Source: Prasinococcaceae sp. CCMP 1430
Taxonomy: Eukaryota > Plantae > Prasinodermophyta
Reading direction: 5' to 3'
NCBI GenBank assembly: GCA_013416795.1
Contig: RQSC01000598.1
Span: 51,636-87,460, forward strand
Length of the DNA stretch: 35,825 nucleotides
Position numbers and translations under genes: made by a program
The notes under the pieces: generated by a model
The model's database searches: none
Told to the model about the DNA's origin: nothing
Seen by the model: the letters and a program-made list of their open reading frames with translations, nothing else
Shown here: piece after piece, positions 18,519-27,888 of the stretch
Layout of the letters: every line of letters starts with the position of its first letter
How positions within the stretch are numbered: position 1 is the first letter of the stretch

Positions 18519-19379
18519 CTACTGCTGGGCGTCCTCATAAATGGGCACGAGCGCGCCCACGCCCCCATGCGAGCGCCTGTAGAGCACCTGGGTCTTGTTG
18601 CTCTTCTCGTCGAGGTAGACGAAGAAATCGTGATCGAGAGCCTCGAGCTGCTCGAGCGCCATTTCACGGCTCATCGGGTACAGCGGGACGTACTTGGTGC
18701 GGACGACCTCAGGTGGCAGCTCGGGCTCGTGCATGGCGGCCAGCGGGGCGTCGAGGTCCTCCTCGAAGCCGGCATTCACAGCGCCAACGTCCGCTGCGGA
18801 CACGCTCGTGTCGTGGGGTTGCACACCGCCGAGCTTGCCCTTCACGCGGTCCTTGAGCTTCCGCGCTTGCCGATGGATCTTGTCGCCCACCTTGTCGATC
18901 GACGCGTACATGTCGTCGGAGCGCATCTCGGCGCGGATGATGCCACGTCCCTTGGTGTGCACGGTGACCTCGCACTTCTGCTCTTGCTTGCCCTTGCCGC
19001 CGGCGCGGCTGTTCTGCACGGAGAGCTTGATGTCCGCGTCGCGCAGCAGCGCCTCGAACGGGTGCAGCGCCTTCCCGATCTTCTCGTTCGCGTAGCTGTC
19101 CATCGCATCGGTGACGTCGACGCCCTCCCCGTACACCCGCATCGCGACGCCCTCCGTGGCCGCGTCAGCATTGGCCGGCGCCGCACCCGCGCGTGCGTGG
19201 CGCGCGGAGCGGTGCGCGCGGCCGCAGAACGCGCCGGCCGCTCCGGGCCGCCTCGCACGCGCACACGCGCGCGATATCGCTGCGCGATCGACCGGACCGC
19301 ACCCGCGGCTCTCGCGCTCGCCCGTCCCGCGCTCCCCCCCGACGATCACCCCCGGCGCGCGAGTGGCACGCCCCGACAC
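18519..19379 (-). CDS. PSRP1: Plastid-specific ribosomal protein 1 / hibernation promoting factor (long HPF); transit-peptide exon structure unresolved
   Basis: N-domain VYGEGVDVTDAMDSYANEKIGKAL...EVTVHT...IRAE...DMYASIDKV...RQARKLKDR and C-domain VVRTKY...PMS...ALEQLEALDHDFFVY...QVLYRRSHGG. Confidence 0.88.
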   Translation of the reverse strand: MSGRATRAPGVIVGGERGTGERESRGCGPVDRAAISRACARARRPGAAGAFCGRAHRSARHARAGAAPANADAATEGVAMRVYGEGVDVTDAMDSYANEKIGKALHPFEALLRDADIKLSVQNSRAGGKGKQEQKCEVTVHTKGRGIIRAEMRSDDMYASIDKVGDKIHRQARKLKDRVKGKLGGVQPHDTSVSAADVGAVNAGFEEDLDAPLAAMHEPELPPEVVRTKYVPLYPMSREMALEQLEALDHDFFVYLDEKSNKTQVLYRRSHGGVGALVPIYEDAQQ

Positions 19380-20360
19380 TCCAGACGCAGCGGCAGCAGG
19401 CCACAGCTACGGCGCGGCGGTGTGGCACAGTGGCACCGCCCCCGTGCTCTCCCCCCCCGCACACGCACATACACACCCCTCCCCGCCTCCGCGTGCGGAT
19501 GTGAAGATCGCGCGTGGCGCGCGCGCGCGCGCGCCGCCATCAAAACGCATGCGCTGACTCAGCGCGACCGCGTCGCAAAAATCTCGCAAGCAGATCGGCC
19601 CGTTTTTTTTTTTTAAGAAGAGAAAAAAGAAAATGCCTGAGTGCGACCTTTTGTCCCTCTCTCCCGGGTTCGACTCGTTGACACCTGGTATGATCCGACG
19701 CTCCGCCCGGGGAGCTCCGGGGTGAGCTCCCGCCATCACCGGGTTCAACGTCGGGGAATCGGCGTGCCAGTTTTTTTCCCCCCTTCTTCTTCCTCTCCCT
19801 CTCTATGTGTCTCGCTCACACCTGGTCTTAACGAGGGTCGTGCCGGGATGAGCTCCCTCCAGTGCCGGTTTCAACCCCGGAGGGTCCAGAATTGCCCCGG
19901 GCGTGAAAAAAAAGTTCGTGCAGGGGGTTTGCGGAGGGGCCGCCCTGCGCGCAGCGCGCCGCCTGCGGCGTCCCCCCTCCCCCCCTCCCCCCTCTTCCCC
20001 TCCCCTTTCATGCCCCGCGGCGCGCCACCGCCTCCACCCGCTCCCTGTCCGCACGCACGCGCGGGTCCTGCCCCCGACCGTTCGAGGTTGTTCGTCTCTG
20101 CTGCGTGCATGTCCGTCTCCCTCTCTCGCCCTCGCTCCCGCTCTGTTGCAGACCGAGGGAGCGCGCGCGCTGTCGCGCAGAGGGGCAGAGGGGCGGGTGC
20201 CAGGGGTAGGGCAGGGGCGCCACACCGCGCAGCCCGCCCTCCCCCACCGCTCCCGGCACCCACCCACACCCACCCACCCAACGTACCCGATCGGGCTCGG
20301 TGCGCCGTCGCTGCTGCTACAGCGAGGGCCGGACATCCCGCGCCGCGCCCAGCAGCCGCG

Positions 20361-21407
20361 ATGCCGATGGGCGCGTACATCGTGGAGTGCGTGCGCACCG
20401 CCACGGGCAAGCGCAAGGGCGCGCTCGCCGGCGTGCACCCGGCGGACCTCGGCGCGGTCGTCGTCGACGCGCTCGTCGACCGCTCCGGCGTGGACCCCGC
20501 CGCCGTCGACGACGTCGTGTGGGGGTGCGTGTCGCAGATCGGCGCGCAGGCGGGCAACATCGGCCGCTCGGTCGTGCTCTCCTCGAAGCTGCCGGAGTCG
20601 GTGCCCGGCACCACGTGCGACCGCCAGTGCGGCTCGAGTCAGCAGGCCATCCACCAGGCCGCGCAGGCCGTCATGTCAGGCACGCAGGACATCGTCATCG
20701 CTGGCGGCGTGGAAAACATGAGCACGTGCCCCATCGGCTCCAACGTGATGGTGGGCATGGCCGCCGGCCACGGCTTCCCGTTCAACTCCAAGGGCATCGA
20801 GGCGCACTACCCGGGCAAACAGTTCTCGCAGTTCGCGGGCGCCGAGATGCTTGCCAAGAAGTACGACCTCAGCCGCGCCGAGCTGGATGCGATGGCCGCA
20901 CGCTCGCACAAGCGCGGCGCCGAGGCGTACGCCAGGGGCGCCTTCGACAACGAGATCGTGCCCGTCGAGGTCGAGGACGAGGACGGGCGCACGCACCTGC
21001 ACGCCAAGGACGAGGGTCTGCGCCCGGGAACGACAGTCGAGAAACTCGCCAAGCTCAAAACCATGGCGCCGGGCGGCGTGCTCACGCCGGGTACCGCCTC
21101 GCAGATCTCCGACGGCGCGGCGGCCGTCATGATCGTCAACGAGCGCGGCCTGGAGCACCTGCGCAAGCAGGGCAAGGGCGCCAAGGCGCGCGCGCGCATC
21201 GTCGGGCTCGCGCTGGCCGGCTCTGACCCCGTCGTGATGCTCGAGGGTCCCATCCCGGCGACCAAGAATGTGCTCGCGAAAACGGGGCTCTCCCTGTCCG
21301 ACATGGACTTGTACGAGGTCAACGAGGCCTTCGCGTCGGTGCCGGGCTCCTGGGCAAAGGCGCTGGGCGCCGACCAGAACAAGCTGAACGTTTGCGGCTC
21401 GGCCATG

Positions 21408-21439
<32 letters not shown>

Positions 21440-21590
21440 CAAGCTCATGACCACGCTCGTCAACCAGCTCGAGCAGCGCAACGGCCGCTACGGCCTGCTC
21501 GCCATCTGCGAGGGCGGCGGCACCGCCAACGCCACCATCATCGAGCGCTGCGCGCCCGACGGCTCCTCGCTGCCCAGGGCCAGGCTCTGA
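20361..21590 (+). CDS. Thiolase (acetyl-CoA acyltransferase), intronless, C-terminal ARL (PTS1-like)
   Basis: Catalytic motifs DRQCGSSQQA, YEVNEAF, ALGHPLGATG and AICEGGG. Ends SSLPRARL*. Confidence 0.93.
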
Positions 21591-21728
21591 GCGCGGCTCA
21601 TCCGTCGCAGCACAGCACAGCCGCGCGTGGGCGCTGCGCGCTTGTGAAGGCCGCCCACGCGCGCGCATGCACATTTTTGAGAAAAGGAATGGTGATTATC
21701 ACACGCGAATTGGCATGCGGCGTCAGAG

Positions 21729-22475
21729 TCATGAAGCGAGGACGGCGCTCTCGTCCGCACAGCTGGGGGCGCAGTCGCACACGCCGTCTCCCACAAAGGT
21801 CGTGTGCACGCTCGCCCTGCGGTCGCCGCGCGCACATGCGAAGGCACCGACGCCGCACGCAGCGGTGAGGCGCTCGTCCGCTCCATCAACGCAATCGCAA
21901 AAGCTGCGGCGCGCACGTGGAGCGCACGTCAGCGCGCGTCTCCCGAAGCACGCACATCAAGAGTAGCGCACCAGCGCGCACGGCCAGGCGCTGCCGGGCG
22001 CGCGACGCAACTCGTCGTTGAGCGCTCGCATTGGGAGTACCACCGCACCGCCGTCGCAGGCGAAGGTGGGCCCCCTCTCTCGGATTCCAGTGCCGCTGAA
22101 TGCGTCCACGCTCGTGTGCCCCCCGGCTCGCCGCGCGAGGCTCGTGGCGCCAGCGGTGGCACCGCGACCAGCGCTTCTCCGAGCGCTGCCTTTCGCCCTC
22201 TCGGCCGTGGAAGCGCGCCCCTCTCCGCCTTGTAGCAGTGACGCCAGCGCTGCGATTGCTGCCATCGCGGCAAGCGCACACACCGCCCGGCGCACCCAGT
22301 GCAGCACTGCGGCAGCCACTCCCTGCATCCGGCGTGCGCGCATGCGCCGGCGTTGCAGCCGGCCGGCGCCGCCCACTCCAGCCGACGCGCTCGCGCCCGA
22401 GCCCGCGTCCACGGCCAGTGCGATACTCGCTCCGCCTGCATCAAGCGCTGGCACGACGCTGCGCCGCGGGCGCAT
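21729..22475 (-). CDS. Glucosidase II beta subunit-like (PRKCSH-like domain) type II membrane protein; join(22475..22012,21903..21729); 5' end uncertain
   Basis: Splicing the phase-2 intron 21904-22011 (CTGAC branch, GCAG acceptor) gives FACDGGAVVLPMRALNDD-FCDCVDGADE...AACGVGAFAC...VGDGVCDCAPSCADE, the LDLa-like PRKCSH pattern. Upstream TM AVCALAAMAAIAALASLL. The last exon is absent from the ORF track. Confidence 0.75.
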
Positions 22476-23543
22476 CCGCTGCTCTCAGCTCCCGTGTCTC
22501 CGCCTGCCTAGCTCGGCGTCGTCCCCAGCGAAAGTGTTGGCCGCCTCCTTGCCAATCTCGTGACTGTCACGGATCTCGTCAGGGAGCTCGGCAAACTCAG
22601 CCTCGGTGAGGCTGTCCAGCGCGCCGTGATCGCCCCCTGGCAGGCGCCCGCCGTCCCGCGCACCCCGCTCGCCCCGTCCTCCAATGGATGCAACACGTCC
22701 ATCCAAGTCGGTCCGTCCACCTTGTTCACGGCAAACGGGCGCCCCGCTCGCCGCCTCCGGCCCCGCGACCACCCCATCGTGGCCCCCCGTGTGGCGCCGC
22801 GCCCGCACCCTCCCCTCCGCCTCCCGCGCCACCGCCGCTTCGCTCCGCAGCGGCGCGCAGCGGCGCCGCATGCGCTTTGATGAGGCTTTCAACACCCCCA
22901 CGTCAAAACGCACGTGAATACAATTGTACACCCTACAAACCAAATAATACCTCAAATACGCGAGTGTGTGTGTGCGTACCCAATCCCACCCGGCCACGTT
23001 CGATCGAGCACGCCGGCCGGCAGGCGCCCGCGTGGCTGCAACGGCGCGGGCGGGCGAATCCCCATGAATGACCCGGCAAAACCTGCGCGCCGCCCTCGCA
23101 AAGCCTCGCGCGATGGAACCGATTGTAACCGGTCGAACATCCGCCTGCCTGGCGACCCGAACGATTTTTTTTCTGGGCGCCTTCGGATGAGTGGCCCAGT
23201 CAATGCTGCGCGTCCTGGGGAAGCGGCGCGCGCTGGGACTGCGTTTGGCAGGGAATACATCCCCCTGGCGAGGGACGTGAGTTTTTTGGTGCTTGCGTGT
23301 GCGCCCGCGCGCGCGCGCGCGCGCGCGAAATTTCGTCCGCGCCGATCGCCGCGGTGCCACCTGCGCCCGATGCGCGTTGCCGCGGGGCCACAGCGCGCGC
23401 GCGCGAGGGGAGGCCGCGCGCGGGCGCGAGGGGACGCAGCCCCCCATCCCCCCCCCTCCTCCTCCCTCCTGACCCTCCCGTGCCCTAATCCCCGCCGGTG
23501 TTCNGCCGAGCCTGCGCATCTCAGACGCGAGCGGCGCGCGGCG

Positions 23544-25139
23544 ATGGCCGTGCGCAGCCCGTGGCGCGCGCCAGGGGCGCGCAGCTTCGCGGCGCGCGTC
23601 GAGCGCGTGCCGCTGACGCTTGCGATTGCGCGCACCCCGGCCGCGCCACAGTTGCACCCGGGCGGCGTCATCTGGAAGAAGTCGGGCGGCGCGACGAACA
23701 AACTGATCGACATAAAGAAGGAGGATGTGGCGGCGGTGTCGCTCGCGGCCGTGCCCAAGATGAACCAGCTCTCCGTGCGGCAGCGAAACGGCAAGGAGGT
23801 GGTGTTCTACGGCCTGGCGAGCGAGCAGGAGACCGCGGCCGTCTCACAGCACTGCCTTCAGTACTTCGGCGTGGAGTGCGCGGCCAAGGAGTACAGCATC
23901 ACGGGGCACAATTGGGGGGAGGCGGAGCTGGAGGGCGCCATGCTGCGCTTCAGCGACAAGAACGGCAAGCCGGCGTTTGAGTTTCCGCTGGGCGACGTGG
24001 CGACCGCGCAGGTGCAGGGCAAGAACGAGGTGCAGATCGGATTCCACACCGACGACACCAACCAGGAGAAGGACTCGCTCGTCGAGCTCACCTTCTACGT
24101 GCCGCCGGGGTCGGAGGTGCACCCGCCCACGGAGGAGGGCACTGCGGCGCAGACGCTGCACGAGAAGTTGCTCGAGCGAGCGGACATCGGCACGGCCACT
24201 GGCGAGGCCGTCGCATCGATGGAGGACCTGTACGTGGTGGTGCCGCGCGGGCGTTTCACCGCTGAGATGCATCCCCAGTTCATGCGGCTGCTCGGCACCG
24301 CCAACGACTTCAAGGTGCAGTACTCGTCCATGCTGCGCATCTTCGTGCTGCCTCGGAGCGCAGGTATGCCCGGCGGTGTCACCTGGGTCAACGTGGCGCT
24401 GGACCCGCCGCTGCGCAAGGGTCAGACATACTACCCGCACCTGCTGCTGCAGTTCCCGTCGGACGACATGACCGACCTGGAGATCGACATAGACCCCGAC
24501 GTGATCGCCGAGCGCTACGGCGACAAACTCGAATCGAGCTACTCGGCGCCGACGTGCGAGGTGTTTGCCAAGGTGCTGCGCGGGCTGTCAAACACCAAAA
24601 TCACGCGACCAGGCTCTTTCCAGAGCCCGCTCGACGGCCAGGCGGTGCGCTGCTCTTTCAAGACCGAGGAGGGCATGCTCTTCCCGCTCGAGAAGTCCTT
24701 CTTTTACGCGCCCAAGCCGCCGCTGCTCATCCTGTACGAGGATGTCAACGACGTCGAGTTCCAGCGCCAGTCTGGGGGCACGTCGCACTCGAGCAAAACG
24801 TTCGACCTCGTGGTGACCCTCAAGTCGGACCAAGAGTACCAGTTTCGTTCCATCCAGCGCCAGGAGCTCGCCAACCTGCTGGCGTTCTTCAAGGCCAAGG
24901 GCGTGCGTGTGTCCAACCTCAAGGAAACGCAGGCGGCGGCGGATGGAAACGAGCGCGGCGCGCGCGCCTCCTTGGCGGAGGTCGACGACGACGACGACGA
25001 CGACGATAGCGGCTCGGACCCGGACGAGGACTTCACGGGAGCGGAGAGCGACGAGCCATCGGACGAGGACGAGGACTATGGCAGCGGCTCGGATGGGTCG
25101 GATGACGAAGCACCCAAAAAGAAGAAGAGTAAGAAGTGA
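23544..25139 (+). CDS. SSRP1: FACT complex subunit SSRP1/Pob3; main exon 23652..25139, first exon(s) uncertain; no HMG box
   Basis: Motifs LHPGGVIWKK, GHNWG, AFEFPL, KNEV, DSLVELTFYVP, PRGRF, LDPPLRKGQTYYPHL, EGMLFPLEKSFF, KTFDL and an acidic tail ending KKKKSKK*. Acceptor CACAG at 23651. Confidence 0.93.
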   Translation: MAVRSPWRAPGARSFAARVERVPLTLAIARTPAAPQLHPGGVIWKKSGGATNKLIDIKKEDVAAVSLAAVPKMNQLSVRQRNGKEVVFYGLASEQETAAVSQHCLQYFGVECAAKEYSITGHNWGEAELEGAMLRFSDKNGKPAFEFPLGDVATAQVQGKNEVQIGFHTDDTNQEKDSLVELTFYVPPGSEVHPPTEEGTAAQTLHEKLLERADIGTATGEAVASMEDLYVVVPRGRFTAEMHPQFMRLLGTANDFKVQYSSMLRIFVLPRSAGMPGGVTWVNVALDPPLRKGQTYYPHLLLQFPSDDMTDLEIDIDPDVIAERYGDKLESSYSAPTCEVFAKVLRGLSNTKITRPGSFQSPLDGQAVRCSFKTEEGMLFPLEKSFFYAPKPPLLILYEDVNDVEFQRQSGGTSHSSKTFDLVVTLKSDQEYQFRSIQRQELANLLAFFKAKGVRVSNLKETQAAADGNERGARASLAEVDDDDDDDDSGSDPDEDFTGAESDEPSDEDEDYGSGSDGSDDEAPKKKKSKK

Positions 25140-25283
25140 CTGTGCCCACGCCCGCTCTGCGCGCAGCAGCGCTTCGTGGCCGCTACACTGTGCACCCGTC
25201 ACGCATCTTACACGCCTAGGTGGCCGGTTTCGATATGATACAGTAGCGCGTGGCCCGCCGATGTCACTCGAGCAGCGTTGGCG

Positions 25284-26552
25284 TCAGGACCAGCTCTTGG
25301 GCGTCCAGATGAGCCTGTCCGCCTGCACTCTCACCTCGTTGGAGGTGTCGCCAATCAGCCTGCAGTGCTCCTCAATGACCTTGGGCGTGGCACTCACGAT
25401 GTGCTGCCCTTTCCAGTACATCACCAGTCCGAGGTCCTGCAGTGTGCTGACGACGTCTTCCTCGAGCATGCCCAACGAGTCGGCGACCTCCTGGATTGAG
25501 ATGGCGCCGCGGGTCTCGGCGAGGTGGCGAATGATGCGCTTGCGCCAGAACGAGCGGTAGCTCACCTGGCCCAGGTCGCTCAGCGGCCTCTCGGGCGTGC
25601 CGGCTTTGCCCTCGCGCTTGGAGAGCTCGTACGAGAAGGCGATGAGAAACGAGCCGTAGCCCTTGCGCTGGTGCGTGGGCAGCGTGAGGATGCATGCGAG
25701 GTTGTACTGATTGGTCTTGTTGTTTTTCTCCTTCGAGAAGTAGCCCGCGATCTCGTACTCGCCCTGCTCGTTGCGCTCGCACATGACGTAGAACAGAAAG
25801 GGCTCTACGTCGAAGTAGAGCGTCTTGTGGTCCAGGAAGAGCTTGGCGAAGAGGCACAGGTTCTGGCAGTAGAGCTTGTTGCGCGCGCCGTCCACCTCGA
25901 ACACGCTCAGCTCCGGCGCCGGGCGGCCATTGCGCGCGCCGTTGCCCGCGGCGACAGCCGTGCCGCGGTATATCTCCTCGCCGGGCGGGTGCTTCACGAG
26001 CAGCCGCTCCCGGTGCGCCAGCAGCGAGCTGCGCTGTTTGAAGTACTTGAGGCTGTGCTCGCAGACGTAGAGGTGGCTCGCGGTCCCGTACTCTGCTGGG
26101 TACGGCGAGTAGTACCACGTGTCGAGCTCGAATCGCCCGAAGTGCACGGTCTGTATGTACTTGACCTTGGTCTTCTCCTCGTGCTCCTTCTCGAGCTTCT
26201 GGTCGATCTCAGGGAGGTCCTCGAGACTCCCCGCGACGTTGTGCATGCGCTCGTAGCGCCGCTTGAGATTGCGCGTCGCGCGCCGAGCGTCCTGCGCGAG
26301 CGCGGCGTCGGCGCGCGGCGAGAGCGCCTGCTCGGCGTTGGCCGAGTACATTTCGCACAGCCGGCGCACCACCCACTCGTCCAGCCGCCTGTCGTGGCCC
26401 ACGTAGTGCACGTAGTAGTGCACCGCGTCCTCGTCTTGCGCGCCGCCCGGCCCGTCGCCCTCCCCGCGCACGGCGATCACGTTGGCCGCGTGCGCCTTGC
26501 GATCGAACGACGCCGTCGCGAGCACGCGGTTGCCGACCACGAAGGGTAGCGA
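25284..26552 (-). CDS. HAM1: MYST-family histone acetyltransferase (HAM1/2, KAT8/Tip60-like) with a chromo-barrel domain; start unresolved
   Basis: Motifs YYVHYVGHDRRLDEWV, KVKYI...GRFELDTWYYSPYP, YCQNLCLFAKLFLDHKTLYFDV, NLACILTLP..QRKGYG and GTPERPLSDLG. Confidence 0.93.
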   Translation of the reverse strand, partial: SLPFVVGNRVLATASFDRKAHAANVIAVRGEGDGPGGAQDEDAVHYYVHYVGHDRRLDEWVVRRLCEMYSANAEQALSPRADAALAQDARRATRNLKRRYERMHNVAGSLEDLPEIDQKLEKEHEEKTKVKYIQTVHFGRFELDTWYYSPYPAEYGTASHLYVCEHSLKYFKQRSSLLAHRERLLVKHPPGEEIYRGTAVAAGNGARNGRPAPELSVFEVDGARNKLYCQNLCLFAKLFLDHKTLYFDVEPFLFYVMCERNEQGEYEIAGYFSKEKNNKTNQYNLACILTLPTHQRKGYGSFLIAFSYELSKREGKAGTPERPLSDLGQVSYRSFWRKRIIRHLAETRGAISIQEVADSLGMLEEDVVSTLQDLGLVMYWKGQHIVSATPKVIEEHCRLIGDTSNEVRVQADRLIWTPKSWS

Positions 26553-27058
26553 CGGCGCGACCGGTCAGAGCAGCGTCGGTCCACAGGTTGCGCTGCGCGT
26601 GCATCTCACACGCGCTGCTTCGCCACCCTCTCCGAGATGCCGCCTTCCCACCCGCCACCCGCCCGCGGCGCGCGCTGTGGCCCGCACAGGCTCGCCGCAG
26701 CAGGCAGCCGCGCGCGCATCGATTCTCCGGGTCCCGAGCTAGGGCGTGCGCGCAGCCGCGCGCGAGAGAGAGAGAGAGAGAGAGCACGCACGTCGCGCCC
26801 TCCCGCCGCCGCCGGGGCAGTCCTGCGTGCGAGAAGAGGGGGAGCAGGGGGGAGGGCCGTCGCCTCCCCCGCCCCCACCCCACCCCCACCCGACGCGCCA
26901 CCAGCGCCACCACCACCACCACCAGCGGCTGCAGCAGCAGCGGCCGCAGCAGCAGCGGCTGCAGCAGCGCGCGCGCGCAGGGCTTCTTCTTCCCGCCAAA
27001 AAAAAAAAAAAAAGTGCTGGACAGTTCCAGGTACAGTCCTATGCACGTGTGTACAGTA

Positions 27059-27205
27059 CAGAGGTCAACTTTAAAATCGTCCGCCTCGCCAGGCGGATTT
27101 ACGCCCGCCTAAAAATCGTTCCAGCGCGCGCCGCTTCGCCAGGGCGCCCAGTTTTACCCGCGCTACTCATAGAGACTTTCCGCACGATTTTAAAGTTGAC
27201 CTCTG
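27059..27205. mobile_element. MITE, Tc1/mariner-type, 147 bp
   Basis: Perfect 22-bp TIRs CAGAGGTCAACTTTAAAATCGT (27059-27080) and ACGATTTTAAAGTTGACCTCTG (27184-27205), flanked by TA on both sides. No coding capacity. Confidence 0.85.
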
Positions 27206-27888
27206 TAGTTTTTTTGACGGCGATATTTTCTGGTCGAAAATGCGGGGGCACAAAAAAATAACAGTTAGGGTCGCTCGGCGGGAATCAGGGTTTGTAAATT
27301 ATTCGTCGTAGGTCGTAGCCCCCCTCTCGACCCATGTGGCGCCCGGGTGGGACCAACCCCGGCCGGGGGGCGTCGCGGCGCGCCGGCGCTTCCGAGCCCC
27401 GGGCTACATCCGCGGGCATCCGCCCGGCGCGGGACGCGACGCGCCGCTGCGGCGTGCCGAACAGGTGGACGTCCGCGTGGTTTCACACGTGAAATTCACC
27501 CACGGGAGTGTTTGATGTGACCTGCGCACGAAAGGAGCGCAGGCGCTGCTCGCGACGAAGAGGCGCCACAGCGCGCGCGTGCCGCGCGCGCGCGCGCGTG
27601 CCACCCCACCCCCACCCCCACCCCGCCCCGGCTTCCATTCCCCGCTCGCGTGTGCTACGCTGCTACGCGCACGCGCCCCTTGCCCCCCGCTTCCCCCTGC
27701 CCTCGTCCTTCTCTCCACACACACACACACACGACCCTCCGCCCCCCCCTGTCGCCCGCCTCGCTTCCCCCGTCGAACCGACTGTGGCCCCGAGGCCCGT
27801 GGTTCACGTGCGGCGCGCACTCGCAGCGCAAGCCTTGCCCCCTCGTGTCCTCCTCATTCACCGCCGTCGTCCGCGCCAGCCATCACAC

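Noticed and set aside
19663-19760. tRNA gene suggested by GGGTTCGACTC
   Set aside because: I could not build a cloverleaf (no acceptor stem, D arm or anticodon arm). Kept only as a dispersed motif.
4730-21590. A co-regulated redox/metal/nutrient gene cluster (selenoprotein, PRXQ, HPP, COG0523, PSRP1)
   Set aside because: The genes are interspersed with unrelated housekeeping genes in mixed orientations. Adjacency in a compact eukaryotic genome is not evidence without expression or synteny data.
22485-22487. In-frame TGA upstream of the PRKCSH-like gene as a second selenocysteine
   Set aside because: The context HGS*EQR has no redox motif, and I saw no SECIS-like structure downstream.
22914-23543. 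Long N-terminal extension of SSRP1 in the ORF track
   Set aside because: No SSRP1 similarity. It contains intron-like sequence (GTGAGT donor, CTAAT/CTGAC branch motifs) and an N.
26565-26567. In-frame TGA upstream of the MYST domain as selenocysteine
   Set aside because: It lies outside the conserved region, MYST HATs are not known selenoproteins, and an indel or splice explanation is simpler.
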